A DNA stretch of 64,000 nt from a virus (taxonomy: Duplodnaviria > Caudoviricetes), in the IMG/VR virus record IMGVR_UViG_3300010149_000008; one strand, 5' to 3'. Under the pieces are notes generated by a model. The model saw only the letters and a program-made list of their open reading frames with translations, was not told the origin of the DNA and ran no database searches. Position numbers and translations under genes: made by a program. Each line of letters starts with the position of its first letter. Position 1 is the first letter of the stretch. Shown in pieces: positions 16,944 through 26,875 of the stretch.

Positions 16944-18163
16944 TGGCAACAAAATATGATTTAGACAGTAATAAAAGATATGCACCTACAGGATATGAAG
17001 GATCTGGTAATACAGATTACATTATACCCTCGTGCGGTGTTGAAGACCTAGATCATTCTATTTTTAATCTTTTTGACAAACAGATACCTTTATATTATGA
17101 TCTTCATGGCGAAATAAAAAAAGTTCCTGTAATATTTGCTACAGGCGAACGATTTGCTTTGTTAAGAAGAAAACAACCGATAACTGACAGAAATGGTGCA
17201 TTAATATTGCCACTTATTTCTATAACAAGGACAGCAATAGAAAACGTACCTTCAAAAGGAATTGCTAATAATCAAATGTTTCCTAATATTGTGACAAAAA
17301 GAATATCAAAAAAAGATTTAGAATATAGACAACAAAAAAACATAGAAAATTTAAAAAACGTAAAAGGTGAAGATCTATCACAAGAAGGAGATATTTCTCT
17401 TAAGCCGAGAATAGAAAAAAATATTGTTGAAACAATCGAGATGCCTCCAGTTAAATATTTTGGCGCTAATTACGAGATTTCAATCTGGTCATCTTTTACT
17501 CAGCAAATGAACAAATTATTGGAAGCGATTATGAGTGCTTACACACTTAATCCTGGACAGCAGTTTAGATTAGAAAGTGACAAAGGCTACACATTTTCAG
17601 CATTTGTTGATGGGAGTATATCACAAGATACAAACTATAGCGACTTTACTGATGCAGAAAGATATATCAAATATAATATGACAATTAATGCAACAGGCTA
17701 TATTATTGCGCCAAATATTTTAGGAGGTAAAACTGCGTTAAGATCGTTTATGAGTGCACCTGAAGTATCTTTTGATGTATTAGAAGAATTTGTACAATTA
17801 GATCCTCAAGTAGGAGGTGTTGCTGATCCTGATCCTAATGCACATATGTTTGATGACTTAGCAACAGAGGATACATTAGTTGCTTCTACTAGAGTAGGTA
17901 TAGTCGGCGGTAGTAATGCAAAAGAGCTACAAGAAATAGACAGGTCAAAAGGATTTGCAGTTGATCTAAATATAGATAAATATAAGTCAGATGTTGTAGG
18001 CGAAAAATCTTCTGATAGTAAAAAGGTAAGAAAAACATTTGTTAGAGACTTGAACGGAAAACTTGTTCCTGTTATGGCTAAAGCTTCAAAAGGCAAAGGC
18101 GAAACTGTATACGATGCTAGATTAGGTGAAGTTTTATTTAATATTTCATCAATTGACGAATAA
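16943..18163 (+). CDS. Tail terminator/sheath stabilizer, T4 gp15-like
   Basis: IKKVPVIFATGERFA...LILPLISITR, ANYEISIWSSFTQQMNKLLEAI; immediately before the sheath gene. Confidence 0.7.
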   Translation: MATKYDLDSNKRYAPTGYEGSGNTDYIIPSCGVEDLDHSIFNLFDKQIPLYYDLHGEIKKVPVIFATGERFALLRRKQPITDRNGALILPLISITRTAIENVPSKGIANNQMFPNIVTKRISKKDLEYRQQKNIENLKNVKGEDLSQEGDISLKPRIEKNIVETIEMPPVKYFGANYEISIWSSFTQQMNKLLEAIMSAYTLNPGQQFRLESDKGYTFSAFVDGSISQDTNYSDFTDAERYIKYNMTINATGYIIAPNILGGKTALRSFMSAPEVSFDVLEEFVQLDPQVGGVADPDPNAHMFDDLATEDTLVASTRVGIVGGSNAKELQEIDRSKGFAVDLNIDKYKSDVVGEKSSDSKKVRKTFVRDLNGKLVPVMAKASKGKGETVYDARLGEVLFNISSIDE

Positions 18164-18222
18164 TTAAGAAATGACGAAATATTTAAAGATAGAAGATAAA
18201 ATAATATTAGGAGAATAATATC

Positions 18223-21200
18223 ATGGCAGAACAGACATTTAAGTCTCCAGGATTTTTCGAGCGAGAGATCGAAGTCATTAGTAGACCTCTTACACGAAAT
18301 ACAGCTACACCGGTTGGTGTAATTGGTCCTGCCCAAAAAGGACAAGCATTCGTACCTAAAACAGTAACAAGTGTTGATGAATTTATTAGAGAATTCGGTA
18401 TGCCAGATCAAGACACGTCTGCTGCCCATGCTGTCAGTGAATTCTTTACAAACGGCGGAAAAGCAGCAACATTCTGCCGCATCTTAGGCTCAGGAAAATC
18501 TGCAGCTGCAGGCACAAATAATTACGCAGGCTTTAAGATTGATGGAACAGCTCTTACAGCAGGAGGCGAAACAGATAGAGCACGTGGCGCAGTACAATTT
18601 ATTGTTGCAGAGCATGAAATTAACTTGGCAGAACACGTTACTTATGGTATTTTTAACGATAACGACTCACATAAGACATCAATGGATCCAGACCCATCAG
18701 ACAATGGCGGTGCTTTACAAGATGTCAATAGCTCTGATAGAGAAGTTCAATTAGTTCGTGCTATGATTTTTATGCATAAAGATTATACTCTTAGGATTAG
18801 TGAAGCCTCAGATACAACTGTTGGCCAATCGAGTGGTACTAATGATACTGCAACTCCAGCTTCCGGATTATTTAAGCTATGGATAATGAAGCATGATGAT
18901 GATACAGATGCTGATCCTTATACAGTATCATTAGACCCTTCTTCTACGCAATACATTGCAAAAGTTTTAAACACAGATCCTTATAGCTTTACAAAAGAAA
19001 AACACTTTTTATATGCAGACTTTCCTGTAGATAGCGAAATTGCTGAAGTTAAAGATGTAGCTGATCGTGTTGGTGTTGTAAGAGGTAATAGTGAAAATAT
19101 AGATTTGTATGGTGACTTTGTATCTAGGTTTACTGCACCTCAAACAACGTCTTTTATCTCCCAACCTTTTGGCAAGAAAGAATACGATCTTTTCCACTTT
19201 GAATCACTTGATGATGGTGCATATGCAAGTGGAAGTTATAAAATTTCTATTGCAAACATTAAGGCATCAACTCAAAAGAATTATAAGTATGGAACATTTT
19301 CTGTCCAACTTCGAAAAATTGATGATACAGATGAAGCACCAGTTATTCTCGAGTCATATAGCAGATGCTCTTTAGATCCTGACGCAAAAAATTATATTGC
19401 AAGATTAATTGGTGATCAAAAAGTAATGCTTTCTTTAGACGTTGATTCTGAAGATGAAAAGAGACTTGTAAGAGAAGGAACATTCCAAAGCAAGTCGTCT
19501 AGAATTCGTGTTGTTATGTCAAAAGACGTTATGAGAGGCGAAGCTCCAGATGACGCGCTTCCTTTTGGGTTTAGAGGCATACCCGCTTTAAAAACTACAA
19601 GTGACGGAAAAGATGCCAACGCAACAACAGTTAATAGTTTGCTTCTAGGCAAAGTAGTTGATTCATCATCAGTTTTAAATGCGTTAGGTAGTTCAATTTT
19701 GCCTCCTTTACCTTTTAGATCCAAGGTTACAAAAGGTAGCATGCTTAATAATGCAGGCGCATATTTTCAAGAATACTTTGGGCAAGCTCTTAACAAAGAA
19801 ACTGGTTTAAAGACTTCACAAGAAAACGTAAAGACATCTCTTTATTGGGGGCTTCATACTTCTAGAGTTTCAAATATTGATCGACCAAATGACAGTCTTT
19901 CTACAGACTTTAATCCTTTAATTAGATCTTTGACAAAATTTCTTGCAAAAAGAGACGAAGTTAAGTTTAGTGGAACAGCTGCAGATAAGTTTAACAATAA
20001 CAAATTTAGTCTTGCAAAAGTAGCATTCCCAGGAAGTACAGTAGCATCAATTCAAGGTAGTCCTCTTGATGCATTCTTGGAAGCTGTTTATGTAAGAAAC
20101 GCTGATGTTGACAGTGCATTTTATGATGCAGTTAATCATACAATTGATATGGATGCTGATTCTAGTGCTAACGATCCTTTCATAGGAGAATTAAGTACTG
20201 TAGCTTCAAATGCTTTAATTGTAGGTACAACTTATGAAATATTAACAACTCCTGACAACACAGCTGCAGGTATATCAAATAATGTTGTAGGCGAAATATT
20301 TACAGCAACCTTAACTTCTACAGGCGATGCTAATGGAACAATGAGACCATTTAGAAATACAAGAGCTACAATGGCTAAGTTGCTAGCTGAAGATATTACA
20401 AAGTTTAATAAATACAGCCAGATGGCTAAGTTTACTGCTCCTTTTTATGGTGGTTTTGACGGCGTTAACATTTTAAATAGAGACGATGCTTTCTTTACAG
20501 ATAGAGCAACATCAGTTGATTTAGGTGGACATGCAGGCGACGGTGGTTATACAAGTGGTCTAGACGGTACTGATGATGCTGATCCTATGCAAGGTAAAGA
20601 ATTAAATAACAATGCTGTTATATCATATAGAAATGCTATATTAGTTATGACTGATGAGATGATTATTGATCATAATGTCTTGGTTGTTCCGGGAATTCGT
20701 GAATCACTCATTTCAGATTATGCAGCACGTCGTGTAAGAGATTATGGCAAAGCAATTTATTTAATGGATATTCCTCATTACACTAAAGATAACGAAAGAA
20801 TATTTGTTTCATCTCGTGGTATTGCAACAGGAACAGCAGATGTTGATTTGACATCTTCTATCTTCGACCAGCGTGAGCTTGATTCATCATATGTTGCAAC
20901 GTATTTTCCTGATGTAATGATTAAAGACAGTGGTGATGATGAAAATGCTAGACAGACAAATCATAGAGCTAAGCGTGTACCATCATCAGCTGTTGCTTTA
21001 GGTGCACTTGCAAGAACAGACGCAAACCAAAGTCCTTGGTTTGCTCCTGCAGGATTTTCTCGTGGTGCTCTACCTAATGTTACAAGTCTTGATGTAAGAT
21101 TAAACGCAGCAGATCGTGATACTCTTTACGAGGCACGAATCAATCCAATTGCGAACTTCCCAAATAATCAGTTTGTTATATTTGGTCAGAAGACAACGCA

Positions 21201-21534
21201 AATTGCAAGAACAGCACTTGATAGAGTTAACGTTAGACGATTAATGATTAATATCAAGAGAAGAATTCAGAAAGTTGCACAAGGTTTGCTATTTGAGCAA
21301 AATGATGCAGCAACAAGAAACCGTTTTATTTCAAGAACATCTTCGATTTTGGCAGACGTTAGAGTTCGTCAAGGTATTGAAGATTTCCGCGTAATCATGG
21401 ACGACACAAATAACTCTGCTGAGGATGTGGATAACAATAGATTGAATGGTCGTATTGTTGTTGTACCAACTCGAGCTGTTGAGTTTATTGCAATGGACTT
21501 TGTAATTACAAATAGCGGTGTAGAATTCCCTTAA
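18223..21534 (+). CDS. Tail sheath protein 1
   Basis: SPGFFEREI, GVIGPAQKG.AFVP, PWFAPAGFSRG, RINPIANFP..FVIFGQKT, ALDRVNVRRL, LFEQND, VPTRAVEFIAMDF. Confidence 0.93.
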   Translation: MAEQTFKSPGFFEREIEVISRPLTRNTATPVGVIGPAQKGQAFVPKTVTSVDEFIREFGMPDQDTSAAHAVSEFFTNGGKAATFCRILGSGKSAAAGTNNYAGFKIDGTALTAGGETDRARGAVQFIVAEHEINLAEHVTYGIFNDNDSHKTSMDPDPSDNGGALQDVNSSDREVQLVRAMIFMHKDYTLRISEASDTTVGQSSGTNDTATPASGLFKLWIMKHDDDTDADPYTVSLDPSSTQYIAKVLNTDPYSFTKEKHFLYADFPVDSEIAEVKDVADRVGVVRGNSENIDLYGDFVSRFTAPQTTSFISQPFGKKEYDLFHFESLDDGAYASGSYKISIANIKASTQKNYKYGTFSVQLRKIDDTDEAPVILESYSRCSLDPDAKNYIARLIGDQKVMLSLDVDSEDEKRLVREGTFQSKSSRIRVVMSKDVMRGEAPDDALPFGFRGIPALKTTSDGKDANATTVNSLLLGKVVDSSSVLNALGSSILPPLPFRSKVTKGSMLNNAGAYFQEYFGQALNKETGLKTSQENVKTSLYWGLHTSRVSNIDRPNDSLSTDFNPLIRSLTKFLAKRDEVKFSGTAADKFNNNKFSLAKVAFPGSTVASIQGSPLDAFLEAVYVRNADVDSAFYDAVNHTIDMDADSSANDPFIGELSTVASNALIVGTTYEILTTPDNTAAGISNNVVGEIFTATLTSTGDANGTMRPFRNTRATMAKLLAEDITKFNKYSQMAKFTAPFYGGFDGVNILNRDDAFFTDRATSVDLGGHAGDGGYTSGLDGTDDADPMQGKELNNNAVISYRNAILVMTDEMIIDHNVLVVPGIRESLISDYAARRVRDYGKAIYLMDIPHYTKDNERIFVSSRGIATGTADVDLTSSIFDQRELDSSYVATYFPDVMIKDSGDDENARQTNHRAKRVPSSAVALGALARTDANQSPWFAPAGFSRGALPNVTSLDVRLNAADRDTLYEARINPIANFPNNQFVIFGQKTTQIARTALDRVNVRRLMINIKRRIQKVAQGLLFEQNDAATRNRFISRTSSILADVRVRQGIEDFRVIMDDTNNSAEDVDNNRLNGRIVVVPTRAVEFIAMDFVITNSGVEFP

Positions 21535-21578
21535 TCAGAATAGTTATAATAAAGTAAAAACATAGGAGAAAAATCAAT

Positions 21579-24500
21579 ATGGCTGGACAAGGCTCAGCGA
21601 GAGTAACTCTACGTGAAATCGATTTATCACAAGTAAGAAATCCTCAACAACTACCACAGGGTGTCCCAGCTGCTGTTGTTGGTCCTGCGAGAAAAGGTCC
21701 AGCCTTTGTCCCGCAAACATTTGCAACAATGCAGCAGTTTAATGAGGTCTTTGGAAATATGCTTGAAGTGGGACGAGAAGGCAACTCAAACCAATTTGGA
21801 CCTTTAGCTCTTAACGAGTGGATGCGTTCTGCGCAAGCAGGAACGTATCTTCGCGTTTTAGGCGTTGGTAATGGTTTGCCATCAAGCAGCGGCAAAACAT
21901 CTGAAGCAGGTTTTGTTGTAGGTGAAAAACAGCTTCAATTGCAATCAACAGGTCTTGCAAAAGTTGGTGACAACGAAAATGCAGCTATTACAGACTCAAC
22001 TGCAGCTTTAGCTTTAGGCAGAACTCATATGCTTGGCTGCTTTATGAAAGATGCAGAAGGTAGCACATATCTTGCAGATGCAGGAATGGCTTCAGAAGAT
22101 GCTGCAGCTTCTATTGTTATAGACTTTGGTGATCAAGTGCCTGAAGATGGCAGTACTCTTTCTTTAATCGCAGACGATGGTGACGGCACATTTACAACTA
22201 GAGTTTATGGTTTTGATAATGGCGGCGGCGCTGTTGCAAACACTAATCATGTTATTAACACAGTGGGTGGTGCAAATGCAATTGCTGCACTTCTAGCTAC
22301 AGAAATTCAACAAAATCATGCAAATTTAAATGCTGTAGCTGCAGCAAATACTGGGCGACTAACGATTACACAAGTCCAGTCAGGCGCAGCAGGTAATACA
22401 GAAGTTAAAGCAACACTTAATAATGCTGTTACAAATAAAATTACAATTACTTCTGCAGACGGCACAAGCATTACAAATAGTACATCTGGCGCAACGTTTA
22501 GATTTAGAGAAGGAACAGGCGGAACCAAAGCTTCAGGTAAAATTTCAGGACAAGATGCAGCAATTACAGATGGACAAAACATTGTAATTAAAAGTCCAGA
22601 CGTTACAGGTACAGAAAAAACTGTAACATTTACTTTTAATACACAGGCAACAATTGATACTGCAATTGATAATGATGGAGCTGTTGCTGTAGGACAAGAC
22701 AAAGCTGATGCTAAAGCAGCTGCAGCAACTGCAGGATTTTATAGAGTTGCTGCAGCAACTGGTGCGATTACTGTGTTAAATGTTACTGGAGGCTCAAATG
22801 CAGAAAATAATGCAGCATCTTTACAAAATCTGTTAAATGCTATTAACTCTTCTGGACATGATATCTCTGGTCTTATTACAGGAGAACGATCAGACGACGA
22901 CCTTGTTTTAACTCAGGTACTTCAAGGAACTGAAGGTAATCTAGCTTTAACTACAACAGCTGCTGCTGCCTTTACTATTGGTGGTTTAGAAGATGGTAGC
23001 GGTAACGCTAATGTCATAGAAGGCGGCACAGCAGCTGCTAACGCTAATGTAACGTTAAAGTTTAACGGTCAACCAAACGCAGGTGACGTTATAAGACTTC
23101 CTAATCTAAATGGCTCAACAGATGGAGAAGCTTTTCACTTTATAGCAACGCTAACAGGAGATCTCATTGGTGGTCTAAATGCTACAAGACCAGGTGGTCT
23201 AGATGATACAATTGGCGGAAATACTGCTATAGCTGTTGAGTTAGGTGAGTCAATTGATGTAACACTAGATAATTTAAGACATGCATTACTACAAAACGGT
23301 GGCGCAGACCCTGATAATAATGCAGGTCATGGATTAGATAAAGATAATATATCAGTTGTTATTGATTTCTCAAGCAAAGAATTAAAAATTGCTGCTGATG
23401 GTGCAAACGGTTTGGCAGACAACAAAGAATTAATCTTTAACGTGTCTTCAAACGTAACAGTTTCTAATCCTGCAGGTGAGAGTTTAGTTGGTAACTTTGG
23501 TGAAAAGACAATCAACTTTTCAGGTGGCGAGACAAATGCTGCACAACCAGTTATTCGTGGCGTTTTAATGACTCCACAAGGTGTAAGAGCTTCTTTAGAG
23601 GTCAATGATAATTTAGGAGACGATGATGCAGATATTTTAGTTCCATTAAAAGACTTATCATCTCATGATAAAGTTAGGCTTCGTGCACATGGAAAAACAT
23701 TTGGTAATACAGCTGATAATAATCTTGCAGGATACGTTGTAGGTGAAGTTGATAGCAGTCAAGGATTTAAATTAATTTTAAATGGCTATTCTAATATAGA
23801 GAACCCTGCAGTTTTGGACTGTTCATTCGATCCTAATTCACCATCATATTTTGCAAAAGTATTAAACACAGATCCAACAAAGATGGAAGAGTTAGGACAT
23901 TATTTATACGCTAACTGGGATATTAATCCAGCCGTTGCTGCTCCTTCAAATGCAGGCTTAAAGCATAGTGGTGCGAGTGTTATTGGTACAAACTATGAAG
24001 ACATGAAGGGTTTCTTGGTTGCAGGTGCAGCAGGAAGAAACACATCAGATACAGGTAAACCTGACTATGAAGACTTTAGAAGCAAATTTGCAACTGCAAG
24101 AACGCCATGGATTGTTTCGCAATTTTATAGTGCAGGTGTAAATACTGCTGCTAGACCTGGGACGGCAGCCTCGGGCGGCGCAGTTAAGCTATTTAGACTT
24201 TACTCAGTAGATGACGGTGTAATTTCTAATGGCAAATTTAGATTGTTAATTTCAAACTTAAGATACGGTGGACAAAATGATTATGGATCATTTGATATGT
24301 CACTTGAAAGTTTTGCGTCAGATCCTATTAGAGGAACTGTTGTAGCTTCATGGAAAAATGCAAACTTAGATACTAATAGCAGAAACTTTATCGGTCGACT
24401 TGTTGGTGATAAACACATTTATTATGATTTTGAGAGTGACTTAGGAAAACAAAGACTACGTGAAGAAGGTCAATATGACAGAAAAAATCCTTACGTAAGA

Positions 24501-26138
24501 ATTGAACTTTCAGATGCACTTAAGCAAGGTGACGTCGAAATCGATGCTTTACCAACAGGTTTCCAAGGTCATGCACACTTATTTACTAAGAGTAATGGCA
24601 ACTTCTTAGAACTTGATGTAGCTGAAGGTAATAGAGTTTTTACAGACTCTGCTAATCTAGTTACAGAAACTTTATCACAAGCGCAGGTTTTACCTCTTGA
24701 CTTTGTAACAAGCATTAATAGAATTGAAGGTGCTTCTTCTTTAGCTTCTGATGATGATTTAGCTTGGGGCGTTAAATTTGCTTTAAGAGAAAACAATCAT
24801 ATAAGTTATACTGATTCGAATGGCAATTTAGTTAAAGGTCACAAAGAGTTAACAGAGCAAGTATTTAACAAATCAATTAGTTCATGGGCTAAGTTCTTTC
24901 CTTCGTTTGGATCGAATCCTGCTTGGATTACAGATGATGCTGCAGACTCAAGTCAAAATTCTTTCTTCTCATTAGAAAAAATTGCAATACCAACAGCTTC
25001 TTTAGACACTGATAGCAATATATCTACTTGGGATGGAGCTACTTATAAGAGAAAACCAGCAGACACGCCAAGTGGTAGATTTGTTAAAATTTCTAAAGAC
25101 GCGTTAGGCGGAAATGCTAAATATCTTAAGTTCCGATGTATGTTCCAAGGTGGATTTGATGGTGTTAATATATTTGATGAAGAAAAAGCTGAATTATCAG
25201 GCGTGGCATCTTTAAGAGAAGGTGAAGACGAGACAAATTCTCAAAAGTTTACTGGTCCTACAGTTATGGCATATCAAAGAGCAGTTGATGTTTTAACTGA
25301 TAAGTCTGCAACTGAGTTCCAATTGCTAGCTATTCCTGGCCAAAGATCACCACGAGTTACTGACTATGCAATTACAGCTTGTGAAGATAGATTTGATGCA
25401 ATGCTTATTATTGATATTGTTGAGAAAGATGCTTTAAACAGCTTAATTGAAGACAGTGATGTTAAGCCACATGTTAGAAATACTATTTCGTTATTTTCTG
25501 ATCGTGTTTTAGATACATCATTTGCTGCAGCTTATTTTCCAGATGTAGTTGTACGTCGTCCTTCTGACAATGCACCAATTGTTGTCCCACCATCTGTTGG
25601 AATGCTTGGTGTAATGAGTAGAAACGACTCGATTGCAGATCCATGGTTTGCTCCTGCAGGCTTAAATAGAGGTCGTCTAAGTGCTATTGATTCTAGAGTT
25701 CAAATGAACAGAGACTTGTTAGATGATCTTTATGATGCTGACATTAATCCAATTTACGTTCCAGCTGGACGTAGTGGTGAGGTTTACGCATTTGGTCAAA
25801 AGACACTTCTCCAAGATCAGTCAGCGCTCGATAGAATTAATGTACGTCGTCTTCTTATTGACATTAGACGCAAGGTTAAGAAAGTTGGCGAGCAGTTATT
25901 ATTTGAGCCAAATAGATCATCTACATTATCTAGATTTTCTTCATTGGTTGAACCAATCATGGCAAACGTTCAGGAACGAAGAGGTGTTACTCGTTATAAG
26001 GTTCAAATTGACTCTTCAACGACGACACAAAACGACATTGAGAACAATACAATTCGTGGCAAGATCTACTTGCAACCTACTAAGTCTGTAGAGTTTATTT
26101 CTTTAGACTTTGTGGTCACAAATACAATTCAGCAATAA
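21579..26138 (+). CDS. Tail sheath protein 2, with three inserted beta-rich domains
   Basis: VTLREIDLS, VVGPARKGPAFVP, PWFAPAGLNRG, INPI...FGQKTL, ALDRINVRRLL, LFEPN, LQPTKSVEFISLDF. Confidence 0.93.
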   Translation: MAGQGSARVTLREIDLSQVRNPQQLPQGVPAAVVGPARKGPAFVPQTFATMQQFNEVFGNMLEVGREGNSNQFGPLALNEWMRSAQAGTYLRVLGVGNGLPSSSGKTSEAGFVVGEKQLQLQSTGLAKVGDNENAAITDSTAALALGRTHMLGCFMKDAEGSTYLADAGMASEDAAASIVIDFGDQVPEDGSTLSLIADDGDGTFTTRVYGFDNGGGAVANTNHVINTVGGANAIAALLATEIQQNHANLNAVAAANTGRLTITQVQSGAAGNTEVKATLNNAVTNKITITSADGTSITNSTSGATFRFREGTGGTKASGKISGQDAAITDGQNIVIKSPDVTGTEKTVTFTFNTQATIDTAIDNDGAVAVGQDKADAKAAAATAGFYRVAAATGAITVLNVTGGSNAENNAASLQNLLNAINSSGHDISGLITGERSDDDLVLTQVLQGTEGNLALTTTAAAAFTIGGLEDGSGNANVIEGGTAAANANVTLKFNGQPNAGDVIRLPNLNGSTDGEAFHFIATLTGDLIGGLNATRPGGLDDTIGGNTAIAVELGESIDVTLDNLRHALLQNGGADPDNNAGHGLDKDNISVVIDFSSKELKIAADGANGLADNKELIFNVSSNVTVSNPAGESLVGNFGEKTINFSGGETNAAQPVIRGVLMTPQGVRASLEVNDNLGDDDADILVPLKDLSSHDKVRLRAHGKTFGNTADNNLAGYVVGEVDSSQGFKLILNGYSNIENPAVLDCSFDPNSPSYFAKVLNTDPTKMEELGHYLYANWDINPAVAAPSNAGLKHSGASVIGTNYEDMKGFLVAGAAGRNTSDTGKPDYEDFRSKFATARTPWIVSQFYSAGVNTAARPGTAASGGAVKLFRLYSVDDGVISNGKFRLLISNLRYGGQNDYGSFDMSLESFASDPIRGTVVASWKNANLDTNSRNFIGRLVGDKHIYYDFESDLGKQRLREEGQYDRKNPYVRIELSDALKQGDVEIDALPTGFQGHAHLFTKSNGNFLELDVAEGNRVFTDSANLVTETLSQAQVLPLDFVTSINRIEGASSLASDDDLAWGVKFALRENNHISYTDSNGNLVKGHKELTEQVFNKSISSWAKFFPSFGSNPAWITDDAADSSQNSFFSLEKIAIPTASLDTDSNISTWDGATYKRKPADTPSGRFVKISKDALGGNAKYLKFRCMFQGGFDGVNIFDEEKAELSGVASLREGEDETNSQKFTGPTVMAYQRAVDVLTDKSATEFQLLAIPGQRSPRVTDYAITACEDRFDAMLIIDIVEKDALNSLIEDSDVKPHVRNTISLFSDRVLDTSFAAAYFPDVVVRRPSDNAPIVVPPSVGMLGVMSRNDSIADPWFAPAGLNRGRLSAIDSRVQMNRDLLDDLYDADINPIYVPAGRSGEVYAFGQKTLLQDQSALDRINVRRLLIDIRRKVKKVGEQLLFEPNRSSTLSRFSSLVEPIMANVQERRGVTRYKVQIDSSTTTQNDIENNTIRGKIYLQPTKSVEFISLDFVVTNTIQQ

Positions 26139-26160
26139 TTAAATAAATTAGTTAGATATA

Positions 26161-26168
26161 TATAAATA
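26161..26168 (+). promoter_or_regulatory. TATAAATA, T4 late-promoter consensus, upstream of the tube gene
   Basis: Exact match ending 21 nt before the ATG at 26190; context is AT-rich, so chance is possible. Confidence 0.4.
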
Positions 26169-26189
26169 AAGAATTAGGAGTTTTTAAAC

Positions 26190-26678
26190 ATGGCTGAGAC
26201 ACTATCCGTTACAGAGATGATACCTAATAAGTTTGAACCAAAGAGAAAAAATCGATGGGTCTTTGCTATTGAGGGTATCGACGCTTTTCTTATGAAGACG
26301 GCGAACCGTCCTTCGTATTCAACAAATGAGACAACAATACCTTTTATTAACAGTACTCGTTACCTTGCTGGTAAGACAACTTTTGATACAATGTCTGTGA
26401 CACTTCATGACCCAATTGCACCTTCAGGCGCACAACAGGTTATGGAATGGATCAGAACTCACTTCGAGTCTGTATCAGGTCGTGCAGGTTACGCTGACTT
26501 TTACAAGAGAGACTGCCAGCTTAAGATGCTTGATCCAGTTGGTACAGTTGTTGAGCTTTGGGACATCAAAGGTTCATTTATAACACAAGCAGGTTTTGGT
26601 GACCTTTCTTACGATGGAGATGATCCACAAGAAATTTCATTGACTTTGCGATTTGACAACTGCGTTCTACAATACTAA
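26190..26678 (+). CDS. Tail tube protein (gp19-like)
   Basis: FEPKRKNRW, YLAGKTTFDTMSVTLHDP, YKRDCQLKMLDPVGTVVELWDIKGSF, ISLTLRFD. Confidence 0.9.
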   Translation: MAETLSVTEMIPNKFEPKRKNRWVFAIEGIDAFLMKTANRPSYSTNETTIPFINSTRYLAGKTTFDTMSVTLHDPIAPSGAQQVMEWIRTHFESVSGRAGYADFYKRDCQLKMLDPVGTVVELWDIKGSFITQAGFGDLSYDGDDPQEISLTLRFDNCVLQY

Positions 26679-26732
26679 TTTAGATATTGCAACTTAATTG
26701 TTGCTAGCAATAATCTTGGTGTCGTCTTAAAC

Positions 26733-26765
26733 AAAAGAGTGGCTTTCGGGCTGCTCTTTTTTGTT
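26733..26765 (+). terminator. Rho-independent terminator after the tube gene
   Basis: aaaagagtggct-ttcg-ggctgctctttt stem-loop with a TTCG loop and a T-tract. Confidence 0.9.
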
Positions 26766-26875
26766 TTCGTTTAATTTATTTAACGACAAAGTATTTCTTA
26801 TCAATAATTAAGTAAAAGTCAAAACAGCAAAAAACAGTGAATAATACTTATTTAATATAATGCGATAGGATTACT

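Noticed and set aside
17806-18429. 207-aa minus-strand ORF spanning the gp15-like/sheath 1 junction
   Set aside because: Antisense to two conserved genes, with no motif or promoter support.
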